DNA from: an uncultured Gemmatimonadales bacterium
GTDB taxonomy: Bacteria > Gemmatimonadota > Gemmatimonadetes > Gemmatimonadales > GWC2-71-9
Assembly: GCA_963821525.1 (NCBI GenBank)
Contig: CAWGED010000010.1
Span: forward strand, 64,001-128,000
Reading direction: 5' to 3'
Length of the DNA: 64,000 bases
Positions within the stretch are counted from its first letter, which is position 1. Every line of letters begins with the position of its first letter. The notes under the pieces are model-generated. The model was not told the DNA's origin. It saw only the letters and a program-made list of their open reading frames with translations, and searched no databases. Shown in pieces: positions 52,041 to 62,259 of the stretch. Both the position numbers and the translations under genes were made by a program.

Positions 52041-52418
52041 ATGCCTCCTCTAGTCAGAACCGCGGTGCTGTTCATGGTCGCGGCGCTCCTGTTCTATTCC
52101 ATCGGTGTCTGGGCAATCTTCTTCAGGAAGCAGCTTCGCCCCTGGAACGTGGGCCTTCTCTGGCTCGGCTTCCTCTCAGACTCCGCAGGCACTGAACTCA
52201 TGCGCCGGCTGGCTGGCAGCTTTCACTGGAGTCTTCACACGGCCAGCGGCGTTGTGGCCCTGCTGCTGATGTTCCTTCATGCCGTCTGGGCCACCATCGT
52301 GCTCCTCAACCGCTCGACACGCCCGACTGGTAACTTCCATCGGATAAGCCTCACCGTTTGGGCCATCTGGCTGATTCCCTTTATCAGTGGGATGCTTCTG
52401 AGCCGTCACAGGGGTTAG
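52041..52418 (+). CDS. HsmA / TIGR03987 family membrane protein
   Basis: FYSIGVW, WLG..D..GT..M, H...G, HAVWAT, FH. Confidence 0.75.
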   Translation: MPPLVRTAVLFMVAALLFYSIGVWAIFFRKQLRPWNVGLLWLGFLSDSAGTELMRRLAGSFHWSLHTASGVVALLLMFLHAVWATIVLLNRSTRPTGNFHRISLTVWAIWLIPFISGMLLSRHRG

Positions 52419-52427
52419 GCTTCTTCC

Positions 52428-53078
52428 ATGACTCAGGGTCGCCCGCAGTCTCGCCGCGAGGAACTCGCCAACGTCGTAACCCACGGCTCGGGGCTCGCGG
52501 CCAGCCTCGTGGGACTCCCGCCGCTCATCTGGGTCGCCAATGCCCATGGGGACGCCTGGCAGATTGTCGCCTGCAGCGTGTTTGCTGCCAGTCTCGTAGT
52601 CCTCTACGGCGCCTCAACGATCTACCACGTGCTGCCGACCTCGCCCGCCAAGCACCTCCTGCGGATCATCGATCACGTGGCGATCTACCTGCTGATTGCA
52701 GGGAGCTACACTCCGTTCACCCTGGGTGTCCTGCGCGGGGCTTGGGGTTGGACTCTGTTTGGCCTGGTCTGGGGTCTGGCCGCCGTCGGAATCCTCCACA
52801 AGACCATCCTGGGCTTTCGCTTCCCACGGCTTTCCACACTGATGTACCTGGCAATGGGCTGGCTTGCGGTGGTGGCCATCGGGCCGCTAGCCCGAGCACT
52901 GCCCGCGGCCGGCCTCACGTTGCTGTTCGCCGGTGGGCTCTGCTATACCGCGGGAGTCGCCTTGTTCGTCCGGGACCATCTCCCTTACCGGCACACCATG
53001 TGGCACCTCTGCGTGCTAGCCGGGAGTGCCTGCCACTACGTGGCCGTTTTGCAATACGCCACCGGCCCTCAGCAGTGA
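52428..53078 (+). CDS. Hemolysin III / PAQR family membrane protein
   Basis: EELANVVTHG, STIYH, DHVAIYLLIAGSYTP, HTMWH. Confidence 0.92.
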   Translation: MTQGRPQSRREELANVVTHGSGLAASLVGLPPLIWVANAHGDAWQIVACSVFAASLVVLYGASTIYHVLPTSPAKHLLRIIDHVAIYLLIAGSYTPFTLGVLRGAWGWTLFGLVWGLAAVGILHKTILGFRFPRLSTLMYLAMGWLAVVAIGPLARALPAAGLTLLFAGGLCYTAGVALFVRDHLPYRHTMWHLCVLAGSACHYVAVLQYATGPQQ

Positions 53079-53097
53079 CGAAATCCTCACTCCAGGC

Positions 53098-55734
53098 TCA
53101 CACTCCCGGTCCCACCTCGTGGAGCCGCGCACGATAGCGTTCTGCATCCGCCGGACGCTTCCAACTCTCATACAGCGAAACGAATCCCCGAATCACCTGC
53201 TGGGTATCGGGATGGGCGTCAGGGTACTGCTGTTCGAGGATGCCGAGCGCGCGGGTGAGAGTCGCTTCCGCTTCGGGGAAGTGTCGTTGCCTGATCAGCA
53301 GGTCCGCGTAGTCCGCGAGCGCTCGCGCGAGGAGCGCGTGCTGTGATCCCGAGACTCGCTCGCGCATGGGAATGGCGACGTTGAAGAGGGAGTCGGCCTC
53401 GCGGTAGAGTCCCCGCTGGGTCAGGACGACCGCGAGCCTGTCTATGGAGTAGGCCAGGACGTGGCTATCCGGGCCGGTGGCTTGTTCAAGGATCGCGATT
53501 TCCTGACGTCGCAACGAGTCGGCTTCGGCGAGCCGGTTGTGCCGGAAGAGAAACTCGGCAAGCGACCCGATGGCATTCGCCACTGAAGGGTGGCTCGCAC
53601 CGTAGCGATCCCGTTGCAGGGTCTCCAACCCGCGGAGCAGGTCTTCGGCTTCTTTCGGCCGACCCAACGCGTCGGTGGCGTTGGCCAGCCCGTTGGTTGC
53701 GTGAGTGAGAAGGCCGAGGCCGGCATCGCCAGATCCCCGGAAGGTTCCTATCGCTTCGCGATAGAGGCGCTCTGCACCGGCGTGGTCTTCGCGCACTCCG
53801 TTGAGGAAATCCGCCAGGTACACTTTCGCTTCCGCTGTGGTGGTAGCGTCCGCCCCATCCGACGCCAGGCGCACCGCGACCGCTTTGCGCAGATATGATT
53901 CCGCCTCGTCGGGTTTGCCCCGCCGCGACAGGATGGTGGCGAGCTGGATCATCGTCTCGGTGCGCTGGGGATCCGGCGGTTTGGCACTTTGCTGAATCGC
54001 CAGGGCCCGCTTGTAGAGCGTCTCGCTCTCCTCCATGCGCGAGAGATACGGCATCAGGAAGCCGAGCAGGTAAAGCGTCCGAGCCACAGCCGGATCGTTG
54101 GGCCCCAGCAGCGATGTCTTCATCCCAAGGGCCACGCGATAGAGCGAATCGGCATCGCCGTAGCGGCCCAACCGTCGATACAGAGTCCCGAGGAGTTCCA
54201 GGTTTTCGGCCACCTCGATGTGCTGTTGCCCCAGAGCCGCTCGACGCTGGTCCAGCGCCCGCTGATAGAGGCGTTCCGCATCCGGATAACGGGCGAGGTT
54301 CTCGTACACCCGGCCGAGAGTGACCAGGAGACGCGCTTGAATGACGGGCTGTCCTTCGAGCCGTTCGACTTCGGCCACGCCGCGACGCAGTAACTCCCGC
54401 GCGGCAACGGTGTCGCCGAAGGCGGCCTCCGGATCGCTGGCCTGGAAGAGTCCCACCAGGAATTCACTCACATCCTGTGACTGCCTGAGCGCGTCCTCGG
54501 CCCGGCTCCGCGCGGCGCTCGCCACCTTTGCCTGCCACAACGCGGCACCCAGTCCTACTATAAGGAAGACCAGCACGGCGATGGCCGCGGCCACCGTCGT
54601 CTTGTGCCGGCGTACCAGCTTCGAGGTGCGATAGGCCCAGCTGTCGGGGCGAGCCAGCACCGGCCGACCCAGGAGGTAACGCTGGATGTCCTCCGCGAAC
54701 TCGGCAGCGGACCGATACCGGCGCTCGGGCTCCTTCGCCAACGCCTTGAGCACGATCACGTCCACATCTCCGGCAATCATCCGCCGCAACGACCCGAGCG
54801 GTATGCCAAAGTTGGTCCCGTCTTTCACCGCGGCACTCGGCGGCTTCGGGACCACCTCACACACCACGTGGGTAAGCTCCGCCGCGTTCAGACCATCGAC
54901 CTGATACGGTCGCTCTCCAGACGCCAGTTCATAAAGCACGACGCCCAGGGCGTAGACGTCGGTCAGAACGGAGACCCGGCCGTGTTTCAACTGCTCCGGG
55001 CCGGCGTAGGCCGGAGTCAACCACGATGCCGTCTGGGTGGCGTCGCCCTCTTCTTCGTTTTCCAGCGCTTTGGCAAGACCAAAATCGAGCAGCTTGGGCC
55101 GGCCCTCCGAGGTGACCCGAACATTGCCGGGCTTGAGGTCGCGGTGAACGATGAGCTGCTGGTGAGCGTAGTGCACCGCATCGCAGATTTCGATGAACAG
55201 CTCGAGCCGGGAACGGAGCGGGAGTTTGTGCTCGTCGCAGTAGTGCAGGAGATCGGTACCTTCCACGAACTCCATGGCGTAGTAAGGCTGGCCGCCGGGC
55301 GTTGACCCGCCGTCGATCAGGCGTGCGATACCGGGATGCTCCAACCTCGCAAGCAGACGGCGCTCCTCGGCCAGACGCTCCTGGAGCCGCGGATCGACGT
55401 AGCCTGGGCGAATCAGTTTGAGCGCCACGACCTGGGAGAATCCCTCGCCGGATCGCTCGGCGAGGAAGACGGTTCCCATTCCCCCTTCCCCGATTCGGCG
55501 GATCAGCCGGTACGGCCCAATCCACTCCAGTGCCAGCGTCGGGCCCTGGTCGGCATCGTCGAGCCGGCCGACGGGTCCCGCGCCTTCATGCGCCGCTATC
55601 AGTGAAAGGACTTCGCTGCGAAGCTTGCTGTCGCCCTGACAGGCTTCACTCAGGAATGCGCTGCGGTGTGTTGGAGGATGCTGCAATGCTTCGTGAAACA
55701 GCTCCTGGACGGAGCCCCACCGGTCCACCGTCAT
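53098..55734 (-). CDS. Membrane Ser/Thr protein kinase with C-terminal TPRs
   Basis: GEGGMG, HRDLKPGN, DFG, TPAYAGPE, TM segment, TPR repeats. Confidence 0.92.
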   Translation of the reverse strand: MTVDRWGSVQELFHEALQHPPTHRSAFLSEACQGDSKLRSEVLSLIAAHEGAGPVGRLDDADQGPTLALEWIGPYRLIRRIGEGGMGTVFLAERSGEGFSQVVALKLIRPGYVDPRLQERLAEERRLLARLEHPGIARLIDGGSTPGGQPYYAMEFVEGTDLLHYCDEHKLPLRSRLELFIEICDAVHYAHQQLIVHRDLKPGNVRVTSEGRPKLLDFGLAKALENEEEGDATQTASWLTPAYAGPEQLKHGRVSVLTDVYALGVVLYELASGERPYQVDGLNAAELTHVVCEVVPKPPSAAVKDGTNFGIPLGSLRRMIAGDVDVIVLKALAKEPERRYRSAAEFAEDIQRYLLGRPVLARPDSWAYRTSKLVRRHKTTVAAAIAVLVFLIVGLGAALWQAKVASAARSRAEDALRQSQDVSEFLVGLFQASDPEAAFGDTVAARELLRRGVAEVERLEGQPVIQARLLVTLGRVYENLARYPDAERLYQRALDQRRAALGQQHIEVAENLELLGTLYRRLGRYGDADSLYRVALGMKTSLLGPNDPAVARTLYLLGFLMPYLSRMEESETLYKRALAIQQSAKPPDPQRTETMIQLATILSRRGKPDEAESYLRKAVAVRLASDGADATTTAEAKVYLADFLNGVREDHAGAERLYREAIGTFRGSGDAGLGLLTHATNGLANATDALGRPKEAEDLLRGLETLQRDRYGASHPSVANAIGSLAEFLFRHNRLAEADSLRRQEIAILEQATGPDSHVLAYSIDRLAVVLTQRGLYREADSLFNVAIPMRERVSGSQHALLARALADYADLLIRQRHFPEAEATLTRALGILEQQYPDAHPDTQQVIRGFVSLYESWKRPADAERYRARLHEVGPGV

Positions 55735-56309
55735 GAAGGAATGGATCCCCCGACCAGCTCACGATTGAGCCAGGCCCGGGCCGCGGTCCAGTCGCGCTTT
55801 ACCGTGGCGGAAGAAGCGCCGACCACTTCGGCGGTCTGCTCCAAATCCATGCCGGCGAAGAACCGGCATTCCACGATCCGCGCCTGCCGCGGGCTGAGCT
55901 GGGCCAGTCGCGCCAGCGCTTCATCCAGCGCCAGCAACTCGTCGGGACGCTCCGAGGCGGCCAGGATCACGTCGTCGATCGGCACCGGCTCCGCCGCGGC
56001 TCCTCCTCGCTTGTCGGCCTTCTTCATTCGCGCGTAGCTGATCAGGATCCGGCGCATCACCTGGGCGCAGGCACCGAAGAAGTGGGCCCGTCCTTCCCAG
56101 GAAATGCGATCGAGCTGAACCAGCTTGAGGTAGGCCTCGTGAACCAGTGCGGTGGGACTCAGGGTGTGATCGACCCGCTCCCGGCGCAGCTCACGCTCCG
56201 CCAGGCGGTGAAGATGGTCGTACACGGCCGGCAGAACGCGATCGAGCGCCTGGGAATCGCCCGCGGAGAGTTCGATCAGCGCCTGGGTGACATCGACCTT
56301 GTGAGTCAT
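55731..56309 (-). CDS. ECF sigma factor (TIGR02999-like, kinase-associated)
   Basis: HTLSPTALVHEAY, MRRILI.YAR...KRGG, VKRDW..ARAWL; ATGA overlap with the kinase. Confidence 0.9.
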   Translation of the reverse strand: MTHKVDVTQALIELSAGDSQALDRVLPAVYDHLHRLAERELRRERVDHTLSPTALVHEAYLKLVQLDRISWEGRAHFFGACAQVMRRILISYARMKKADKRGGAAAEPVPIDDVILAASERPDELLALDEALARLAQLSPRQARIVECRFFAGMDLEQTAEVVGASSATVKRDWTAARAWLNRELVGGSIPS

Positions 56310-56450
56310 CGCTCGAGGACCTCGGACCGGCCTGAGTCAATCCGCCGTGAAGGCGTGCTCAGGGTCCGATGAGCCGGGCAAGACCCCTTCTGCGCCTTCC
56401 TGTGCGATGGCCGAGGTGGTCTCGGCCGGTACATCAAGAGGAGGCAGGTC

Positions 56451-57860
56451 ATGACACGGTGGCGACCCGATCCGACATTCTACCCGTCGCCCAAAGAGGC
56501 GATCGAAGCGCCAGACGAGCGGCTGGCCTACGTCGCGTTGCTCAATCCCAAGGGCAGTGGCGAGTCGGATGGAATCGGTGTAGTGGACCTGAACCCCGAC
56601 TCCAAGAGTTACGGGAATGTACTGCACAAGACCGAATTCCCCAACGCGGACAACGAGTTGCACCACTTCGGCTGGAACGCCTGCAGCTCCTGCCTCTGCC
56701 CCTACGCGCCCCACGCCCACGTCGAGCGGCGGTACCTGATCGTCCCGGGGACCGGCTCTTCCCGTATTCACATCCTGGACACCAAGGCGAACCCGGCGCG
56801 CCCCGAGCTGATCAAGGTGATCGAGGGCAGCGAAGTGCACGCCAAGACCGGCTATGCCGCTCCGCATACGGTGCATTGCGGTCCCGATGGGATCTTCATG
56901 AACGCGCTCGGCGCCCCCGATGGCAATGGTCCGGGTGGGATTTTCGTCATGGATGCGGAGACCTTCGAGTTGAAGGGACAGTGGGAGAAGGAACGGGGCA
57001 GCCAGGTGCTTTCCTATGACTTCGGGTGGCACCTGGGTCAGGACACCCTGATCACCAGCGAGTGGGGCACTCCGAACATGGTCAAGGATGGAGTGAACCC
57101 CGAGTTGCTGCTCGGTGGCAAGTACGGCAACGCGCTTCACGTCTGGGACCTGCGCAAGCGGACCCACAAGCAGAAGCTGGAATTGGGACCCAACTACCAG
57201 ATGACGCTGGAGTTGCGGCCCGCGCACAACCCCACGCGCGCCTACGGGTTCGTGGGAGTGGTGATGAATCTCGAGGATCTGTCTTCCTCGATCTGGCTCT
57301 GGTACCTGGACAAGAACAACGGTGGCTCTGGCGAGTGGAAGATCAAGAAGGTGATCGACATTCCGGCCGAGCACGCTTCGCCGGACGATTTGCCGCCTTT
57401 GCTCAAGGGCTTCAGCGCAGTGCCGCCACTGGTGACCGACATCAACCTCACTGTGGACGACAAGTTCCTCTACGTGTCGTGCTGGGGGACCGGGCATTTC
57501 CTGCAGTATGACGTATCGAATCCATTCCACCCGACCCTGACCGGTTCGGTCCGGCTGGGCGGCATCGTGGGGAGGACCAGCCATCCCGCCAAGCCCAAGA
57601 AGCCGCTCAACGGCGGCCCGCAGATGGTTGAGCTGAGCCGCGACGGCAAGCGGGTCTACGTGACGAACGCCTTGTACTCCCCGTGGGATGCTCAGTTCTA
57701 CCCGGATGGGATCAAGGGCTGGATGGCCAAGCTGGACGCTTCGCCGAAGGGTGGGATGGCGCTCGACACCAGGTTCCTCACCGAGTTCGAGAACCTGCGG
57801 CCGCACCAGGTCCGGCTCGAGGGCGGTGACGCTTCGTCGGACTCGTTCTGCTTCTCGTGA
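56451..57860 (+). CDS. Selenium-binding protein SBP56 family (methanethiol oxidase-like)
   Basis: DPTFYPSP, ELHHFGWNACSS, PHTVHC, TSEWG, GGPQM, GGDASSDS. Confidence 0.92.
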   Translation: MTRWRPDPTFYPSPKEAIEAPDERLAYVALLNPKGSGESDGIGVVDLNPDSKSYGNVLHKTEFPNADNELHHFGWNACSSCLCPYAPHAHVERRYLIVPGTGSSRIHILDTKANPARPELIKVIEGSEVHAKTGYAAPHTVHCGPDGIFMNALGAPDGNGPGGIFVMDAETFELKGQWEKERGSQVLSYDFGWHLGQDTLITSEWGTPNMVKDGVNPELLLGGKYGNALHVWDLRKRTHKQKLELGPNYQMTLELRPAHNPTRAYGFVGVVMNLEDLSSSIWLWYLDKNNGGSGEWKIKKVIDIPAEHASPDDLPPLLKGFSAVPPLVTDINLTVDDKFLYVSCWGTGHFLQYDVSNPFHPTLTGSVRLGGIVGRTSHPAKPKKPLNGGPQMVELSRDGKRVYVTNALYSPWDAQFYPDGIKGWMAKLDASPKGGMALDTRFLTEFENLRPHQVRLEGGDASSDSFCFS

Positions 57861-57867
57861 GGTTGCC

Positions 57868-58488
57868 GTGACCGACGTACCGATGCTGGCGCTGGGCGCC
57901 TGGCACGGAGTAAACCCGGGGATGGGCTGGCTGTTTGCGGTCGCCCTCGGGATGCAACAGGGCAAGGGGCGCGCCGTGTGGCTCGCCCTTCCACCTCTCG
58001 CGCTGGGCCACGCGCTCGCGGTGGGGGCCGCCGTTTCGTCGGCGGCCTTCCTCGGCCTCCTGTTCGATCCAGCCACACTGAAGTGGGTCGTGGCGGGAAT
58101 GCTGCTCTGCTTTGGGATTTATCGGCTCACCATAGCCCGGCATCCCCGTTTCGGCGGCATGCAGGTCGGATTCAAGGACCTCACGGTATGGTCGGCGCTC
58201 ATGGCGTCGGCCCACGGTGCCGGACTGATGGTGATCCCGTTCGTCGTGGAGAGCGAGACCATGTCGCACGCGGGTCACATGAGTCACGCGATGGTCGGAA
58301 TAGGACCAGGGTCCGCCTTACACGCCACGGCTCTGCACACTCTGGGTTATCTGCTGGTGACTGGACTGGTGGCGGTCGTGGTACACGAACGACTGGGGCT
58401 GCGACTGCTGCGCACCCATTGGCTCAACCTGGACCTGGTGTGGGGAGGTGCCTTGATCGTTACGGCGCTGGTGACGCCGCTCATCTAA
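57868..58488 (+). CDS. His-rich membrane protein adjacent to SBP56
   Basis: LGAWHGVNPGMGWLFAVALG, WSALMASAHGAGLM, W.NLD.VW. Confidence 0.75.
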   Translation: MTDVPMLALGAWHGVNPGMGWLFAVALGMQQGKGRAVWLALPPLALGHALAVGAAVSSAAFLGLLFDPATLKWVVAGMLLCFGIYRLTIARHPRFGGMQVGFKDLTVWSALMASAHGAGLMVIPFVVESETMSHAGHMSHAMVGIGPGSALHATALHTLGYLLVTGLVAVVVHERLGLRLLRTHWLNLDLVWGGALIVTALVTPLI

Positions 58489-58565
58489 GGCCGATTGGGC
58501 GGTTCTTTGCAACGACTTGCCGCGAGTCTATTCTTTGTTCACGGTACCCTATCCGAGAGGCTTCT

Positions 58566-59030
58566 ATGCGTTCGCTGACCTTTTCCGCTGTGTTGCTGAT
58601 GGCGGCTACTCCTCTATTCGCACAGGACACCACAGCCGCAAAGCCCGCTGCCCTCGCCTGGGGCCCCGCCCCGGCCATTTTCCCCAGTGGTGCCCAGATG
58701 GCCGTGGTGAGCGGTGACCCTGGCAAAGCCGCACCCTTCGTTGTCGCGCTCAAGATGCCGGCCGGCTATCGGATCCCCCCGCATTTTCACCCCACTGACG
58801 AAGCCGTCGAAGTCAAGGAGGGCCTTTTTCTTGTTGGCATGGGGGATACCCTCGATCTGAGCAAGACGAAACCGATGAAGGTCGGAGAAAAGGGTAGCAT
58901 TCCAGCCCAGATGCACCACTTCGCGGCTGCCAAGGAGGCCACGATCGTCACGGTCAGCGCAATGGGACCTTTCGCGATGACGTACGTGAATCCGAAGGAC
59001 GATCCTTCGAAGCAGGCGACGAACCCGTAA
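58566..59030 (+). CDS. Secreted cupin domain protein
   Basis: Signal peptide; GDP, PAGY.IPPHFHPTDE, HHFA. Confidence 0.85.
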   Translation: MRSLTFSAVLLMAATPLFAQDTTAAKPAALAWGPAPAIFPSGAQMAVVSGDPGKAAPFVVALKMPAGYRIPPHFHPTDEAVEVKEGLFLVGMGDTLDLSKTKPMKVGEKGSIPAQMHHFAAAKEATIVTVSAMGPFAMTYVNPKDDPSKQATNP

Positions 59031-59103
59031 TCCCGGCATCGATCTTCCCGGCGTTGGTGACACTGCTGATCTGAGAGGGCGCCGGTGTTTACCTTGTAGG
59101 ATC

Positions 59104-62064
59104 GTGCCACGAGAAGACAGCGCCGCGGCCAGGGACCTGCCGCGGCTCAAGACAGCCCTGGCGGACCGGTACCGGCTCGAGCGTGAGCTGGGTACCGGCG
59201 GCATGGCCACGGTGTACCTCGCCACCGATCTCAAGCACGACCGCCTCGTCGCAGTCAAAGTCCTCAAGCCCGAAATTGCTTCGATCGTAGGAACCGATCG
59301 GTTCCTCCAGGAAATCCGCATCACCGCGAGGCTGACCCATCCGCACATTCTTCCCCTGCTCGATTCCGGAGCGGCCGACGGGTTCTTGTACTACGTTGCG
59401 CCCTACATAGAAGGCGAGACGCTGCGGGCACGGCTGGACCGTGAGAAGCAATTTCCGCTCGAAGACGCACTCCAGGTCACCCGGGAAGTCGCCGGAGCCC
59501 TCGACTATGCCCACCGCAATGGGGTGATCCATCGCGATATCAAACCGGAGAACACCCTGCTGTCCCAAGGGAAAGCCATCGTCGCCGACTTCGGCATCGC
59601 GCGAGCGCTTTCCCTGTCAGATGCTCCCCGGCTGACGGAGACCGGGCTCGCACTCGGCACCCCCTACTACATGAGCCCGGAGCAGGCGGCCGGCGATAAG
59701 GAGCTGGACGGTCGTTCCGACATCTACTCGCTGGGCTGCGTCCTGTATGAGTTGATCGTCGGAGAGCCGCCCCACACCGGTCCGACAGCGCAGGCGGTGC
59801 TGGCCCGGATCATGGTGGATCCGGTTCGGAGTATTCGCGCGGTGCGCGATGCAGTCCCGGAGTCTCTCGAGCGGACGATCCTTCGGGCCCTCGCTCGGGC
59901 TCCGGCGGATCGCTTCGCGACGGCGGGGGACTTTGCAGCCGCTTTGGCCCAACCAGCGGAGCCACAGCTTCGCAGTGGGATTCCCCGGCCCTGGCGGATC
60001 GTCGCGGTACTCGGCGTGCTCCTCCTGCTGGGCGTCGCGGCTGCTCGCCTGATCCCAGGCCGATCGACATCCAGCGTGGTGCCGTCCGCTTCGCATATCG
60101 CCGTACTCCCCTTCACTCCAAGCGGGCCCGACACCTCTCTCACCCGCCTGGGGCGCGACCTGGTCTTTACCCTGAGCGCCGAGCTGGATGGCTTGGGCGA
60201 CATCCGGGTAGTGGATGCCCACACGGTGCTGGCGCAGACTGCGCGAGGTGACGTCGTCTCACCGGCTGATGGCGCCGCACTGGCACAGCGGTTCGGCGCC
60301 GGCAGCCTGGTACGGGGAAGCCTGATACGAGAGGGCGACAGGGTACGGGCCGACTTTGCGCTGCTTCCAGCGGACGGCCGATCCGAGCCGCTGGCGCGAG
60401 GTTCGGTCACTGGAGCGGTTGATTCCGTCGCAGCCCTCACGGATTCTGCCGTGCACACCTTGCTCAAACAGGTCTGGGTCGGGGGCGCCGCTCCGACGCC
60501 CAGTCTCGAGGGAGCGCTCAAGACCAAGTCGGTTGCGGCACTCCGGGCGTTCCTGGAGGGAGAACAGCTGGTGGTCGACGATTTCTGGGATTCGGCGGCG
60601 ACATCTTACCACCGCGCCCGGGAGGCCGATCCGACTTTCTGGCTCGCGGCCGCGCGCGAGCTTTACGCCAGGAACTGGACGCTTCGCGAGTCTCCCGATT
60701 CCCTCCTCGCCGCCCTCCGACAGCATCGCCAAGAACTGCCGGAGGCGGAACGGTTGAGCACCGATGCGATTATGGCGTGGTCCGAGGATAGCCTCGCGCT
60801 GGGGCTGCTGCGTGGCCAGGAGATCACCCAACGCTATCCGAGCTCCTGGTTCGGCTGGCTGATCTACGGTGACTGGTTGCTCCACAACGGACCGTTACTG
60901 GGCCATTCTCACGGCGAGGCCCAAGCCGCGTTCGAGCGAGCGCTGGACCTCAATCCCAATCTCATCCCGGTCCACGAACACCTCATGATGCTGGCACTCC
61001 AAACTCGCGACACGGCGCGAGCCGGGAGAGCCTTCGGCGAGCTGACTCGGCTTCGTGCCGGTCCCGGCTTGACCGCTGACGGGTACGGCAGCCGGATGCT
61101 GCAATTCCGCTTTCTCCTGGGAATCGCCCGAGGCGACAGCACCCTCACCACGAGCCTGATCGACAGCATCGCCCGGGACCCTGAACCGCGTGCCGGGAAT
61201 GACGGGACTTTCTATGATGCCTTTCTCTACGGCTTTCTCGATCAGCAAATCCGAGTGTGCGAGCGAGCCATCCAGGTTGGAGGTCTGACCAGAAAGGGCT
61301 GGCATCAGCGGCTTCTCGCCCTTTCATTGGCCGGACGAGGTGCCTGGGATGCAGCGCTGGTCGTCATGGATCGGCTGGTCGAGAGCGGGGTTGATTCGAG
61401 CGCCTCACTCCGGGCCTACGGGATCGCCGTTGTTGGAGCCTGGCTCGGGGCACTCGACGCCGGAGAGGCAGGACGACGTCGCGGGAGTGCCGCCTCGCAC
61501 CTCTCCACTCCAACAGACCGGGCCGAGTTGGCCTGGCTCGATGGCATTGCGGCGGCCACGGCGAGAGATCGGCCAGCGCTTGCGGCGGCACGAACCGCCC
61601 TCGGTAAGTCGGAAGATCGAGCGGCCAAGGTACTCGATCGCTCCCTGGCGGCATTCGATCAGGCTCTGGCGGGGAAGACCTCCAAGGCAGGCGCAGCGTT
61701 GGCTGCCCTCGAATGGGAGGAGGCCGCGGCTTGGGACCCTGACTTCGTGGACCATCCCTTCACCATCGCGGTCGATCGCATTGCCGCGGCCCGGTGGCTC
61801 GCCGACGCTCGAGATTTCGATCAAGCCGCTCGTTTGTTGGCCCTGGGGGATGGCGCCTATTTCATCCATCCCAGCGTGTCGTACAGCACAATGGTCAGCG
61901 GCCTGATCGCCCGGGAGCGGGGTCGGATCGAGGAGCAACGGGGGAATCCCGAGCCGGCTCGGGAGTATTACGGGGAGTTCCTGCGACGCTACGACCGGCC
62001 GGTGCCGGCCCATCAGGGAATGGTGGAGGATGCGAAGGCGAGAGTTGCGACATTACGGCAGTGA
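59104..62064 (+). CDS. Ser/Thr protein kinase with TM, IAVLPF domain and TPR-like region
   Basis: GTGGMATVY, HRDIKPEN, DFG, GTPYYMSPEQ. Confidence 0.92.
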   Translation: MPREDSAAARDLPRLKTALADRYRLERELGTGGMATVYLATDLKHDRLVAVKVLKPEIASIVGTDRFLQEIRITARLTHPHILPLLDSGAADGFLYYVAPYIEGETLRARLDREKQFPLEDALQVTREVAGALDYAHRNGVIHRDIKPENTLLSQGKAIVADFGIARALSLSDAPRLTETGLALGTPYYMSPEQAAGDKELDGRSDIYSLGCVLYELIVGEPPHTGPTAQAVLARIMVDPVRSIRAVRDAVPESLERTILRALARAPADRFATAGDFAAALAQPAEPQLRSGIPRPWRIVAVLGVLLLLGVAAARLIPGRSTSSVVPSASHIAVLPFTPSGPDTSLTRLGRDLVFTLSAELDGLGDIRVVDAHTVLAQTARGDVVSPADGAALAQRFGAGSLVRGSLIREGDRVRADFALLPADGRSEPLARGSVTGAVDSVAALTDSAVHTLLKQVWVGGAAPTPSLEGALKTKSVAALRAFLEGEQLVVDDFWDSAATSYHRAREADPTFWLAAARELYARNWTLRESPDSLLAALRQHRQELPEAERLSTDAIMAWSEDSLALGLLRGQEITQRYPSSWFGWLIYGDWLLHNGPLLGHSHGEAQAAFERALDLNPNLIPVHEHLMMLALQTRDTARAGRAFGELTRLRAGPGLTADGYGSRMLQFRFLLGIARGDSTLTTSLIDSIARDPEPRAGNDGTFYDAFLYGFLDQQIRVCERAIQVGGLTRKGWHQRLLALSLAGRGAWDAALVVMDRLVESGVDSSASLRAYGIAVVGAWLGALDAGEAGRRRGSAASHLSTPTDRAELAWLDGIAAATARDRPALAAARTALGKSEDRAAKVLDRSLAAFDQALAGKTSKAGAALAALEWEEAAAWDPDFVDHPFTIAVDRIAAARWLADARDFDQAARLLALGDGAYFIHPSVSYSTMVSGLIARERGRIEEQRGNPEPAREYYGEFLRRYDRPVPAHQGMVEDAKARVATLRQ

Positions 62065-62259
62065 GCTTCGCCGGTTGATCCTGCGCTGAGGTTGACAGCG
62101 TAATAACCGCAAAGCTGCGAACGCGACCAGCGGCGGGTTCAGAAAACGCGAGCCCGGCCCCCACCCCAGGGGGGAATATCACGGATCGATGTTGTGAGGG
62201 GGTAACCCGGAAAACGCAGTGCCGGCGGGATATCGGCAAAGGCGCCCCGCCGCAACGGG

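Noticed and set aside
56337..58076. Long antisense ORFs (e.g. 579 aa here, 4578..6050, 34169..35041)
   Set aside because: They are shadows of real genes in high-GC DNA and carry no motifs.
62100..62250. c-di-GMP-I riboswitch (GCAAAG motifs)
   Set aside because: The P2/P3 arrangement with GNRA tetraloop and receptor is not recognisable.
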